Shown here piece after piece: positions 19,249-29,278 of a stretch of DNA of 36,286 nt. The first letter of the stretch is position 1. Each line of letters opens with the position of its first letter. A program made the translations under genes and the position numbers. The notes below the pieces were generated by a model. That model saw nothing but the letters and a program-made list of their open reading frames with translations. It was not told the DNA's origin and did no database searches. The stretch lies in the sequence record SRR20825019_608; one strand, 5' to 3'.

Positions 19249-21585
19249 ATGGCCATGAGCTTTATAGCGTATAATTTTTCCATCCGATCCAAACGCTCTT
19301 CCCAGTGGTGCATGTATTGCTTGTGGATTCTTTTTTTAGGGATGCGGATTACTTATTCCCAAAGTTATCCATCGTTAACGGAAGATGAGCGCCTTGAGCT
19401 TCGAACCACTGCCCATGTAGTAGTGGATCTCAATGATGCAAGTTTTGATACATTGTCCCCCATATTGGTTCCCGATAATGTTCCCTTGGCCGTAATTCCT
19501 TCTGAAAGTAGTGAACAGAACGCCAGTTTTTTTGAGCAGTATGTCCGTTACCAAAAACAGTTGGTGGTCCTTGGACAGGAGGGGTCTTTGACAAAGGTTC
19601 CCGAAAACCTTTCCATGGTCTGGGTAGCTGACTCGGATGTGGAAAGTGTGGAGCTTATTTCCAAGGGGAAACCCAATCTCTCGCAAGGCGCAAATGAAAA
19701 GGAACTTCTAGGTATTTATCCTTACCGGGGAAATGAACCAACATATAATGAACTATTGGATATTTGGCAGTATAAAGGAAAAATGCCCAATTTCATCAAA
19801 GCCGAATCTTCTTTTGAACACATTGACAGTTTAGTGCGCCGATTGAATCGTAGTCCAAAGATATTCGGAACTGTACGGACGGAAGAAGGGTTATTGGACG
19901 GGGTCATTTTTAAAAATTATTCCGGTGCCCAAGTGGATGGATATTTTAGCTATCCGGTTTTGGACACCTTATCGCTTCCCATATTGGTGCCCTACAAGCC
20001 GGGGTTCCATTTTTCCCCTGATATTATCTATACCACTCCCGAAAACCTGAACAACAAAAAAGAGTTTGTCGGTTTTCCCTTGAACCCAGAATATGGCCTT
20101 TCCCATCACTTTGAATTCAAAGAAGGTCCCAACGATGTTCTGGCCAAAAATGGAAAGGGGCTTATTTCAAATGATGTAATGGCAAAGAAGGATTCGGTAT
20201 ATGGAAAGGTTAGTTACTTCGCGGATGGAGCCTATGTCGACGTAGGTATCTCCAGTAAAGCTTCTTTAAAGGGAAATTTTACCATTAGTGCTTGGATAAA
20301 ACCAACCCAACGGGGGCACAATAACAGTATTCTTGGGAAGGGAGATAACTTTGTCTTTAAGATACATGATGGCTTTTTGACCTTTACCATGGCAGGGATA
20401 AAGGATTACATGTCCACTTCTTCACCGATACCCTTGAACGAATGGTCCCATGTTGCATTGGTCCATTCCAAGATGGGCAATACACTTTTTTTCTATATCA
20501 ATGGGGAACGTACCGATAGTGTCGAGCTGATTTCCGAATATGAAACGTCAGATTATAATATCCTTATAGGGAGTAATCTATGGGAAGAATTTTTTGAAGG
20601 TTATATCCGAGAAATAAAAATATGGGAGCGGGAATTGAACGATGCTGAAATCAGTGCACACTATGCTCAGACCATTACCTTGGAAAAGGACAGGGATTTT
20701 TTGGGATATATTGTCTCTTTACTGGTCTTGTTCGGTGCCGGATATATTGTGTTTCGGTATAGAAGAAAACAACCGGAACTCCTGGGGTCGAATCAAAAGA
20801 AGGCTGCCGTCCTACCAAAAGTTCATAAGGAGCGCGGGGCAGGCCAAGGACAAATACGGTGCTTTGGTCCCCTAAAGATTATCGACAAGGATGGTTCCGA
20901 CCTGGCCAAAAAGCTGTCCCCGCTCCAAAAGAAAATGTTCATGATCATTTTTTTACATAGCCAAGGAAGTGAAAAGGGCATAGATACCAAGGGCCTTACC
21001 GAATTGCTTTGGCCTGGTAGGAGTGTGGCGGATGCAAAAAATACAAGGGGGACAACGATTCAAAATTTAAGACAGCAATTGGCCACTTGTTCAGGTCTTG
21101 AGGTACTTTTTAGGGAAAGGCTCTGGTTTTTGCACTTGGGCGGGAACTGTTATTCGGACTATGCTGTGGCACTGGAATTTTTGGAATTTCTGGATAGTGG
21201 GGAGTATTCCGATAAGGAACTTGAAGCTGAACTCAGAAATTTGATTCCCATTGTCAACAAGGGAAGATTGTTCGCCAGCACAAGTGCAGCATGGTTAGAT
21301 CCGTTCATTGAAAGATTCAGCAATCAGATCGTGGAACAATTTATCCAAATTAGCAAGAATCCAAATATCAGTAGAGATACCGATATCATGTTTGATCTGG
21401 CCGAGGTAATCTGTCTCTATGATGACCTCAATGAGCATGCATTGCATATCAAGCTGAATGTGTTCATAGAACAGGGCAAATTAAGCCTGGCACATCAAGC
21501 TTACCATAACTTCAAAAAACAATATGAGAAACTCTACGGGGAGACCTATGAAGTTTCTTTCGAGGATCTTATTGCTACACAATAG
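19249..21585 (+). CDS. Transmembrane one-component regulator: periplasmic LamG-like domain, TM, cytoplasmic winged-helix/TPR (SARP-like) output
   Basis: LamG motifs FTISAWIKP, NEWSHVALV...FYING and FEGYIREIKIWERELNDAEI. TM FLGYIVSLLVLFGAGYIVF. Output domain IRCFGPLKIID...LTELLWP...AKNTRGTTIQNLR. The start codon is uncertain. Confidence 0.82.
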   Translation: MAMSFIAYNFSIRSKRSSQWCMYCLWILFLGMRITYSQSYPSLTEDERLELRTTAHVVVDLNDASFDTLSPILVPDNVPLAVIPSESSEQNASFFEQYVRYQKQLVVLGQEGSLTKVPENLSMVWVADSDVESVELISKGKPNLSQGANEKELLGIYPYRGNEPTYNELLDIWQYKGKMPNFIKAESSFEHIDSLVRRLNRSPKIFGTVRTEEGLLDGVIFKNYSGAQVDGYFSYPVLDTLSLPILVPYKPGFHFSPDIIYTTPENLNNKKEFVGFPLNPEYGLSHHFEFKEGPNDVLAKNGKGLISNDVMAKKDSVYGKVSYFADGAYVDVGISSKASLKGNFTISAWIKPTQRGHNNSILGKGDNFVFKIHDGFLTFTMAGIKDYMSTSSPIPLNEWSHVALVHSKMGNTLFFYINGERTDSVELISEYETSDYNILIGSNLWEEFFEGYIREIKIWERELNDAEISAHYAQTITLEKDRDFLGYIVSLLVLFGAGYIVFRYRRKQPELLGSNQKKAAVLPKVHKERGAGQGQIRCFGPLKIIDKDGSDLAKKLSPLQKKMFMIIFLHSQGSEKGIDTKGLTELLWPGRSVADAKNTRGTTIQNLRQQLATCSGLEVLFRERLWFLHLGGNCYSDYAVALEFLEFLDSGEYSDKELEAELRNLIPIVNKGRLFASTSAAWLDPFIERFSNQIVEQFIQISKNPNISRDTDIMFDLAEVICLYDDLNEHALHIKLNVFIEQGKLSLAHQAYHNFKKQYEKLYGETYEVSFEDLIATQ

Positions 21586-21738
21586 GGAACACCGATTTTT
21601 GTGGGCAAAATGCGAAAAAAACACATTTTTTTAATCCATTACCCCATTTGGTACCCCTTTTTTTAAGCCCTTGCTTTTTTATTTGCGGCATCGTTGATCA
21701 ATGAGCTTGTTGTAAATAATCAAATCAGAGCATACCAA

Positions 21739-23007
21739 ATGAAAAAAGAAATCGAAAGTAGAAGAGGGTTTGTAAAAAAATCCTTGATAGCGGCCACAGG
21801 GTTAAGTATCATACCTAGGCATGTTTTGGGCGGTCCAAACTTTATTCCTCCCAGTGATCAACTCACCAAAGCGGTAATTGGTGTTGGTGGCATGGGACAG
21901 GGTCATTTGACCTATGAGGGAACTAGGCTATTGGCCATATGCGATGCGGATGGAAAGCATTTGGCCGATACGCTCAAGAAGGTCGATGGTAGTGTTAAGG
22001 GGTACCGTGATTTTAGGGAAGTCCTTGAGAGGCCGGACATCGATATCGTTCATATCGCGACCCCTCCACATTGGCATGGACTGATGTCAATTATGGCCGC
22101 AGAGGCAGGTAAGGATGTTTGGTGCGAGAAACCGATGACCAGAACCATTGGTGAGGGTAAGCGTGTGGTGGAAGCTATGAAAGTCCATGGAAAAATGTTC
22201 CGATTGAATACCTGGTTCCGCTTTAAGGATAATTTCTACGGTATGGGAACCCCGGTAAAAAAACTAAAGAAAGTGGTCGATAGCGGTGCGCTCGGATGGC
22301 CATTAAAAGTTACGATAAGTGGGGTTACCGGTTTTAATTGGAAGTTCTATTGGGTAGGCAAGGAGAATTTGACACCGCAATCTGTTCCCGATTATTTGGA
22401 TTATAATATGTGGTTGGGGCCAGCTCCTGAAAAACCCTACAACCCGCATCGTGTCCATTCCACTTTTAGAGGATATTGGGACTATGATGGTGGAGGATTG
22501 GGCGATATGGGCCAGCATTATATTGATCCGGTTCAGTATTTTCTGGGAAAGGATCATACCAGCCCTGTCAAGGTTGAGGTGGATGCCCCGCAACAGCATT
22601 ATGATGCCATTGGAACTTGGCGAAGGATAACCTATACCTATGCAGATGGTTGTCAAATTATATTGGATGGAGAAAACAGTGACAAACATGCGGCCTATAT
22701 TGAAGGGCCCGATGGCAAAATTTTCAATGGATTTAGATCAACCATACCAAATATCGAAGGGCTTATCGATACACTTCCCGATCCAGAGGAACAGATTACC
22801 TCATTTTCGGAGTCCGTAAAGACCCGTCAAAAATTTGCACTGAACGAGGAGAACGGTCATCGCTCTGCAACCATTGTCAACATGGGGGTAGTGGCTCTTC
22901 GATTAGGTCGAAACCTCGATTTTGACCCAATCAAACAAGAGTTTGTGAACGACCCGGAAGCCAATAGGTTATTGGACCAACCCATGCGAACCTCTTGGGC
23001 CAACTGA
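21739..23007 (+). CDS. Tat-exported Gfo/Idh/MocA-family NAD(P)-dependent oxidoreductase (candidate glycoside 3-dehydrogenase)
   Basis: Twin-arginine signal SRRGFVKK, and motifs IGVGGMG, IATPPHWH, WCEKP and GGGLGDMGQHYID. ATG at 21739 is preferred over the TTG at 21694. Confidence 0.93.
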   Translation: MKKEIESRRGFVKKSLIAATGLSIIPRHVLGGPNFIPPSDQLTKAVIGVGGMGQGHLTYEGTRLLAICDADGKHLADTLKKVDGSVKGYRDFREVLERPDIDIVHIATPPHWHGLMSIMAAEAGKDVWCEKPMTRTIGEGKRVVEAMKVHGKMFRLNTWFRFKDNFYGMGTPVKKLKKVVDSGALGWPLKVTISGVTGFNWKFYWVGKENLTPQSVPDYLDYNMWLGPAPEKPYNPHRVHSTFRGYWDYDGGGLGDMGQHYIDPVQYFLGKDHTSPVKVEVDAPQQHYDAIGTWRRITYTYADGCQIILDGENSDKHAAYIEGPDGKIFNGFRSTIPNIEGLIDTLPDPEEQITSFSESVKTRQKFALNEENGHRSATIVNMGVVALRLGRNLDFDPIKQEFVNDPEANRLLDQPMRTSWAN

Positions 23008-23119
23008 TTATCATTTAAAACTCCTATTTGAAGAAATAAAGAAAGCGCCAATCTAATGCACGTTGCCATTCGAGAACTGATTGGATCAGGTGCATTCAAA
23101 TGGTCAAAAATCACGAAAA

Positions 23120-26100
23120 ATGAAAAGAATACAATACATTATATCATCGCTCTTTTTGCTCCTTGCCCTACAAGTTTCCACTGGACAGATCAACCGGACT
23201 TTGGAAACAAAAGTAGTGGATATATTGGCCCAGTTCCCTACCAAAGATCTAGAGCATTCGGACAGACTCATGCAAGAATTGGTGGGTTTGCAGGCCGAAG
23301 GGATCAATAAATTATGTGATCGAATCGTTCCTTCGGGAACAGGGGATGATACCCAAGCAAGGTATGCCGTCCACAGTTTGGCGGTTTATGCCGGTAAGCA
23401 CCGAGTAGGTACTGTGGAGAAAGCGCTGCTCAATGCTTTAGGGGAGGCGAAAAACAAAGAGATAAAAACGTTTTTTATCGATCGTTTGGCATTTTGCGGA
23501 ACCGATACCAGTGTAGCGTCATTGGGTAAATACCTTTTGGATGGAGAATTATATACGCCGGCACTGGCCACATTGACAGCCATAGGCACTCCGGGCGCCG
23601 GAGCAATCATTCATGCTACAACCAAATCGGTCGATGGTCTGCAGAAAGCGGCATTCCTCACAGTACTGGGACGTTTACGCTATGTTCCTGCTAAGGGATA
23701 TTTGGAAGGAGTTGTACCAGACCCTGCCTCGGATAGCATTGTCAAACAAAAAGCACTGATGGCATTGGCAGAAATAGCTGATCCCAAATCGGTTGATATG
23801 ATGTCCAGAGCTGTGGAGGGTGAGGAATATCGACTGGGTGATAGCCGTGCCATTATTGCATATATACATTTTGGAAACAGACTTATCGAGCAAGGAAATG
23901 CGTCCTTGGCCGAGCAAATAGCAACCTCATTATTGAAAAACTGTACTGCAGATGACCAGTTGCACTTCAGGGCTGCTGGAATCAACCTTCTGGTGTCCGC
24001 TATCGGTAAAAATGCAACAAAAACCCTTTTAAAAGAGGCGAAGCACCATGATGCGGCTTACACTGGAAGTGTGTTAAGGGCAGCAGGTCAATACCTTACG
24101 CAGACCTCGGTATCAAAATGGGTGAAACAGTACAGAAAAATGGAGGATGCCGGTAAAGTTCAACTTCTGGAAATGCTCAGGGAGCGTAAAGAGCCGGAGG
24201 TATTGGACAAATGCATTGAAAGAGCCATCGAATCCGATAACGAAACGTTAAGATTGGCTGGTATAAGGGCTTTGGATTTTCAAGAAAAGGACAAGGCGTT
24301 GCCATTGCTCTTTAGAATACTGGACGGGGCTACGTCCGATAGGATACTGTCTACCGTCCAAAATACGTTGATGAAAATAGTAAGTACCAAAGATGCTGCA
24401 CTGATTGCTGAAGAATTAGCACTTACCAATAACCGGAAGGCCAAGGCTGTCCTGGTACATGTGTTGGCCGAACGAAATGCCACAAATCAATTTGAGGTGA
24501 TTGCCAATTTGCTGGACAAAGCGGACGCTGGGCTAAAAAGGGCCATATATAGGGCAATTCCATCTGTTTCGACAGAAAAGGACCTAATGAGGTTGATGGA
24601 GCTGCTTTCTATGACAGAAGAGGAGGAGAACATCAATGCTGTGCAGCAAGCCCTTGTAAAAGTTCTTGGTAATGCAGGAAAGGAAAGTGCTCCGGCTATT
24701 TATAATGCCTTTGGAGACTTTGAAGATAAATCCAAATTGATTCCGGTCCTTCCCGCACTGAGAGGCCAAAAGGCATTGACCCTCATATCGGAACGCATGC
24801 AATTTGGTAATAACAAAGAGAAAAAAGCAGCCATCCTTGCACTCGCAGCATGGAAAGGCAACGAGAGTTTACCATATTTGTTCAAAGCCATAGTCAGTTC
24901 AAAAAAAGATATCAGGGAGTTGTCCTTTCGCCAATATTTGAAAAAAGTTGCTACTTCTGACCAACCCGATGATCAAAAACTATTATTGATACGAAAGTTG
25001 ATGCCGTACAGTAGCACCTTGCCAGAGAAAAAACAAGTGATAGTAGCAGCCCGATCGGCAAAGACATTCCTGTCTTTGGTTTTTGTATCGGATTATTTGG
25101 AAGATGCCGATCTAGCGGCTGTGGCATCCAATGCTGTGATTCAGATTGCCTTACCAACGCCCGGTGCCAACAATGGTCTACATGGTGAGGTGGTTCGGGA
25201 AGCCGTGTCAAAAAGTATGAAAAACTTAACGGGCCCAGATAGTCAATACCTAAGGATAGATGTACAAGAGTTTTTGGACAAAATGCCTAAAGAAAAAGGA
25301 TTTGTCCCCATTTTCAATGGCAAAGACCTTACCGGTTGGGAAGGTTTGGTGGAAAATCCCATCAAAAGAAGACAAATGTCCAAAACTGCTCTGAAACAAG
25401 CACAAGAAAAGGCCAATGCCCAAATGATGCAGGACTGGTTTGTAAAAGATGGGGTCATAGGCTTTAAGGGTGAAGGCTACAATAATATTTGTACCATAAA
25501 GGATTATGGTGATTTTGAGATGCTAGTGGATTGGAAAATTACGCACGGCGGGGATAGTGGAATATACCTTAGGGGAACCCCTCAAGTGCAAATTTGGGAC
25601 ACAGCACGTACCGACGTGGGAGCAGAAGTTGGCAGCGGGGGGTTGTACAATAATCAAAACAATACAAGTAAGCCCTTGGTGGTGGCCGATAATCCCATAA
25701 ACGAATGGAATACATTTAGAATCAAAATGATCGGGGAACGTGTTACGGTCTATTTGAACGGAAAGTTGGTCACCGACAACGTGGTTTTGGAAAATTATTG
25801 GGACAGGGACAACACCATTTTTGTGAAAGAGGCCATAGAACTCCAAGCCCACGGAGAGGACTTGGGCTTTAGGAATGTTTATGTCAGGGAAATAGCTTCA
25901 GGCAATGAGCTTCTAAGCCCTGAAGAACAAAGGGAAGGTTTTCAATCCCTTTTCAACGGAAAGGATCTTGACCATTGGATTGGAAACAAGACCGATTATT
26001 TGGTCCAAGACAATGAGTTGATGGTTCAGCCTAAACAGGGCGGTCATGGAAATTTATATACTGCCAATGCATATACGGATTTTATTTTTCGATTCGATTT

Positions 26101-26512
26101 TAAGTTGACCCCGGGAGCCAACAATGGGCTTGGTATCCATGCACCGTTGGAAGGTGATGCGGCCTATGTTGGGAAAGAGTTACAAATTCTGGACAATACG
26201 GCCGCCATCTATGCCGATTTAAAACCGTATCAGTATCATGGGTCGGTATATGGAATCGCAGCTGCTAAAAGAGGGTTTTTAAACCCTGTTGGAGAATGGA
26301 ATTCCCAAGAAGTCACTGTAAAGGGAAATCATGTCAAAATTATGCTCAACAATCATGTTATTCTTGATACCGACATCAAAGAAGCCTCGAAAAACGGGGC
26401 TGCGGACGGGCAGCACCATCCCGGGCTCCAGAAAAATACTGGACACATTGGGTTTTTGGGCCATGGTTCTGTACTCTGGTTCCGAAATATCAGGATCAAA
26501 GATTTAAAATAG
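23120..26512 (+). CDS. Secreted HEAT-repeat protein with two C-terminal DUF1080 (3-keto-disaccharide hydrolase-like) domains
   Basis: Signal peptide and about 700 aa of Leu/Ala-rich helical repeats. Two domains start GFVPIFNGKDLTGW and GFQSLFNGKDLDHW and end LQAHG...FRNVYVRE and FLGHG...FRNIRIKDL. Confidence 0.9.
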   Translation: MKRIQYIISSLFLLLALQVSTGQINRTLETKVVDILAQFPTKDLEHSDRLMQELVGLQAEGINKLCDRIVPSGTGDDTQARYAVHSLAVYAGKHRVGTVEKALLNALGEAKNKEIKTFFIDRLAFCGTDTSVASLGKYLLDGELYTPALATLTAIGTPGAGAIIHATTKSVDGLQKAAFLTVLGRLRYVPAKGYLEGVVPDPASDSIVKQKALMALAEIADPKSVDMMSRAVEGEEYRLGDSRAIIAYIHFGNRLIEQGNASLAEQIATSLLKNCTADDQLHFRAAGINLLVSAIGKNATKTLLKEAKHHDAAYTGSVLRAAGQYLTQTSVSKWVKQYRKMEDAGKVQLLEMLRERKEPEVLDKCIERAIESDNETLRLAGIRALDFQEKDKALPLLFRILDGATSDRILSTVQNTLMKIVSTKDAALIAEELALTNNRKAKAVLVHVLAERNATNQFEVIANLLDKADAGLKRAIYRAIPSVSTEKDLMRLMELLSMTEEEENINAVQQALVKVLGNAGKESAPAIYNAFGDFEDKSKLIPVLPALRGQKALTLISERMQFGNNKEKKAAILALAAWKGNESLPYLFKAIVSSKKDIRELSFRQYLKKVATSDQPDDQKLLLIRKLMPYSSTLPEKKQVIVAARSAKTFLSLVFVSDYLEDADLAAVASNAVIQIALPTPGANNGLHGEVVREAVSKSMKNLTGPDSQYLRIDVQEFLDKMPKEKGFVPIFNGKDLTGWEGLVENPIKRRQMSKTALKQAQEKANAQMMQDWFVKDGVIGFKGEGYNNICTIKDYGDFEMLVDWKITHGGDSGIYLRGTPQVQIWDTARTDVGAEVGSGGLYNNQNNTSKPLVVADNPINEWNTFRIKMIGERVTVYLNGKLVTDNVVLENYWDRDNTIFVKEAIELQAHGEDLGFRNVYVREIASGNELLSPEEQREGFQSLFNGKDLDHWIGNKTDYLVQDNELMVQPKQGGHGNLYTANAYTDFIFRFDFKLTPGANNGLGIHAPLEGDAAYVGKELQILDNTAAIYADLKPYQYHGSVYGIAAAKRGFLNPVGEWNSQEVTVKGNHVKIMLNNHVILDTDIKEASKNGAADGQHHPGLQKNTGHIGFLGHGSVLWFRNIRIKDLK

Positions 26513-26514
26513 AG

Positions 26515-27315
26515 ATGGATTATAGACGATACAATTTTATGATTAAACATATCGGAATGATGTGCTTATGTTTGGTTTTCAGTGGCCTGAATCCAATTCA
26601 GGCCCAAGTGAGACCTAAAGTGAGTGTCATGTCATTTAACATACATGCCGGTTACGGAACCGATGGAACTTTTAATTTGTTGGGAATCGGAAACCAAATC
26701 AAGGAAGCCCAACCTGATATAGTCTGTTTACAAGAGGTGGATTACAGGACGCAAAGGTCACAAGGCAAAGATGTGACTTTGGAATTGGCCAGTATTACCG
26801 GGTTTCATTCTTTTTTTGGAAAGGCAATTTTTTTTGACGGGGGGGAGTATGGTTTGGCCATTTTGTCAAAGCATCCCATTTGTGAGGTCAAAGTCCATAC
26901 CTTGCCCAATAGCGGAAATGCCGAGCCCAGGATAGCCCTGGAATGCATTGTTCAAGTTCCGGGTTTGGGTAAACTTAGGGTCGTGAACGTACATCTGGAC
27001 CATTCGAATATGGAATTGAATCTGTCCCAAATACGATATATGAACAAAAAATTTGCGGATAAGAGGCCCACTATAATGGCTGGCGACTTCAATCAAGAAA
27101 TGAAAGGCAAAGGCATGCGACAGTTGGGAAAGGATTGGAATTTTTCAATGGATGCAAACGCACTTACCTATCCAACAGATAAGCCCGACACAAAAATTGA
27201 TTATATCATGGCTTATCCCCGGAACAAATGGAAAATAAAAAATGCTCGGGTTTATAATGATTCTAGAGTCTCGGACCATTTGCCCATTATAGCTGACCTT
27301 CTTTATCTAGAGTGA
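26515..27315 (+). CDS. Secreted endonuclease/exonuclease/phosphatase (EEP) family protein
   Basis: MSFNIH, PDIVCLQEVD, YGLAILSK, NVHLD, AGDFN, IDYI and SDHLPI. Signal peptide; the start may be 26539. Confidence 0.93.
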   Translation: MDYRRYNFMIKHIGMMCLCLVFSGLNPIQAQVRPKVSVMSFNIHAGYGTDGTFNLLGIGNQIKEAQPDIVCLQEVDYRTQRSQGKDVTLELASITGFHSFFGKAIFFDGGEYGLAILSKHPICEVKVHTLPNSGNAEPRIALECIVQVPGLGKLRVVNVHLDHSNMELNLSQIRYMNKKFADKRPTIMAGDFNQEMKGKGMRQLGKDWNFSMDANALTYPTDKPDTKIDYIMAYPRNKWKIKNARVYNDSRVSDHLPIIADLLYLE

Positions 27316-27362
27316 ATACCATGGATTATAGGTTGAATTATTGGAGTTAGTTGATGAAGATG

Positions 27363-27387
27363 GGCAGGGTTTGCCCCTGCCTTTCTT
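27363..27387 (+). terminator. Hairpin, probable terminator, after the EEP gene
   Basis: GGCAGGG-TTTGC-CCCTGCC followed by TTTCTT. Confidence 0.6.
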
Positions 27388-27437
27388 AACCTAAAACAGG
27401 GAAATTCACTTTTCCTGCACTAAAACATGAATGAAAT

Positions 27438-29249
27438 ATGATAACACTACAATGGTTGGACTATGCCATTATCGTAACCTTTTTTGCCGTCACCCTAGGC
27501 ATTGGAATTTATGTATCCAAGAGTTCGGGCAGGAGCAGTTCAGACTTCTTTTTGTCTGGAAGGTCCATGCCCTGGTGGCTTTTGGGCATTTCCATGGTGG
27601 CGACCACTTTTTCTACTGATACGCCCAATTTGGTGACCGATATTGTCCGGACTAATGGGGTGGCCGGTAACTGGGTTTGGTGGGCCTTTCTTTTAACAGG
27701 TCTTTTGACTGTTTTTATATATGCAAGATTGTGGCGTAGGTCCAATGTCAATACGGACCTTGAGTTTTATGAACTTAGGTATGGAGGTGCACCCGCCAGA
27801 TTTTTAAGGAGGTTTAGAGCCATTTATCTCGGGGTGGTTTTCAATGTGATTACAATGTCGGCGGTGACTCTTGCCGCTATCAAGATCGGGGGCATTATGT
27901 TAGGTCTTGAACCATGGCAGACAGTTCTCATTGCAGGTATGGTAACGGTGATTTTTAGCGCTATCGGAGGATTCAAGGGTGTTGTGTACACGGATTTCAT
28001 CCTTTTTTTCGTGGCCATGGGGGGAACCATTGGAGCCGCCTATTATTTAGTAAATATCCCCGAGGTAGGGGGATTGGAAACGCTGTTTTCCAATCCGAAT
28101 GTCAAACATAAATTGAGCATGGTACCGGATTTGGACAATACCGATGCTTTGATTACTTTGATTATCATTCCCTTGGCGGTACAGTGGTGGAGCTCATGGT
28201 ACCCTGGTTCAGAACCCGGTGGGGGCGGTTATATCGCACAAAGGATGCTCTCTGCCAAAAATGCGAAGCATGCCATCGCGGCAACGTTCTTCTTCAATAT
28301 CATGCACTATGCCGTTAGGCCATGGCCTTGGATATTGGTGGCGTTGGCCTCTATTGTTGTGTTTCCCGACCTAGAGAGCCTCCAACAGGCCTTTCCGATC
28401 ATATCCGACGACAAACTTGGGCACGACCTGGCCTTTTCGGCCATGTTGACCAAATTACCCTCTGGCCTTATGGGCCTTGTACTCACTTCACTGGTCGCGG
28501 CCTATATGTCTACTATATCCACACAGCTCAATTGGGGTTCTTCGTATATTGTGTATGATTTCTATAAAGAAAGGGTGGATCCCCATGCATCCGAGAAACG
28601 CTTGGTAATGGTCGGTAGGTTGTCCACGGTGGGCTTGATGGTGCTGAGTGCCGCACTGGCCCTTTTGCTCCAAAACGCCCTTCAGCTCTTTGAGATATTG
28701 CTGGTATTTGGGGCGGGGACCGGTCTGATATTCATTCTAAGGTGGTTTTGGTGGCGAATCAACGCGTGGAGCGAGATTACGGCAATGTTCGCTTCCGGTA
28801 TACTTTCGCTGGTGCTGAAACTAACTCCTTTGGGAGATTATCTGTTCGGTGTTGATCATGGGGCGCTACCGAGTTGGTCGGAGTACCCTATGGTGGTCTT
28901 GACCACAACAGTCCTATGGTTGACAGCGACTTATGTCTCACCTCCTGAGTCCCGGGAGGTACTTTATGGGTTCTGTAAGAAGATAGGGCCCGGAGGTCCT
29001 GGATGGGAAACAATTGTCCGAAAGGGTAGGACGGAAGGGATCGATTTGGACATCGGTAAACAATGGAGTGTTCCCAGTGGTATATTGGCCATGCTCTTGG
29101 GCACAATACTAATTTACTCCTGCCTATTTGCAGTGGGACATTGGATTTATGGTGAGTGGCTGCTAGCTGGTTCCTTGACCGTCCTGGCGGTTGGTTCGGG
29201 GGTAAGTTTGATGCTTACCTGGAAAAGAATAGAAAAGATTATCAAATAA
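27438..29249 (+). CDS. Sodium:solute symporter family protein (probable amino-sugar importer)
   Basis: DFFLSGRSMPWWLLGISMVATTFSTDT, YIAQRMLSAK, AAYMSTISTQLNWG and many TM segments. Directly upstream of nagB and the GlcNAc kinase. Confidence 0.93.
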   Translation: MITLQWLDYAIIVTFFAVTLGIGIYVSKSSGRSSSDFFLSGRSMPWWLLGISMVATTFSTDTPNLVTDIVRTNGVAGNWVWWAFLLTGLLTVFIYARLWRRSNVNTDLEFYELRYGGAPARFLRRFRAIYLGVVFNVITMSAVTLAAIKIGGIMLGLEPWQTVLIAGMVTVIFSAIGGFKGVVYTDFILFFVAMGGTIGAAYYLVNIPEVGGLETLFSNPNVKHKLSMVPDLDNTDALITLIIIPLAVQWWSSWYPGSEPGGGGYIAQRMLSAKNAKHAIAATFFFNIMHYAVRPWPWILVALASIVVFPDLESLQQAFPIISDDKLGHDLAFSAMLTKLPSGLMGLVLTSLVAAYMSTISTQLNWGSSYIVYDFYKERVDPHASEKRLVMVGRLSTVGLMVLSAALALLLQNALQLFEILLVFGAGTGLIFILRWFWWRINAWSEITAMFASGILSLVLKLTPLGDYLFGVDHGALPSWSEYPMVVLTTTVLWLTATYVSPPESREVLYGFCKKIGPGGPGWETIVRKGRTEGIDLDIGKQWSVPSGILAMLLGTILIYSCLFAVGHWIYGEWLLAGSLTVLAVGSGVSLMLTWKRIEKIIK

Positions 29250-29278
29250 ACTTTATATACAATTTAAAAACATATATC

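Noticed and set aside
29156-29278. 41-aa N-terminal extension of NagB in the ORF track
   Set aside because: It overlaps the SSS gene. The ATG at 29279, after an A/T-rich leader, fits better.
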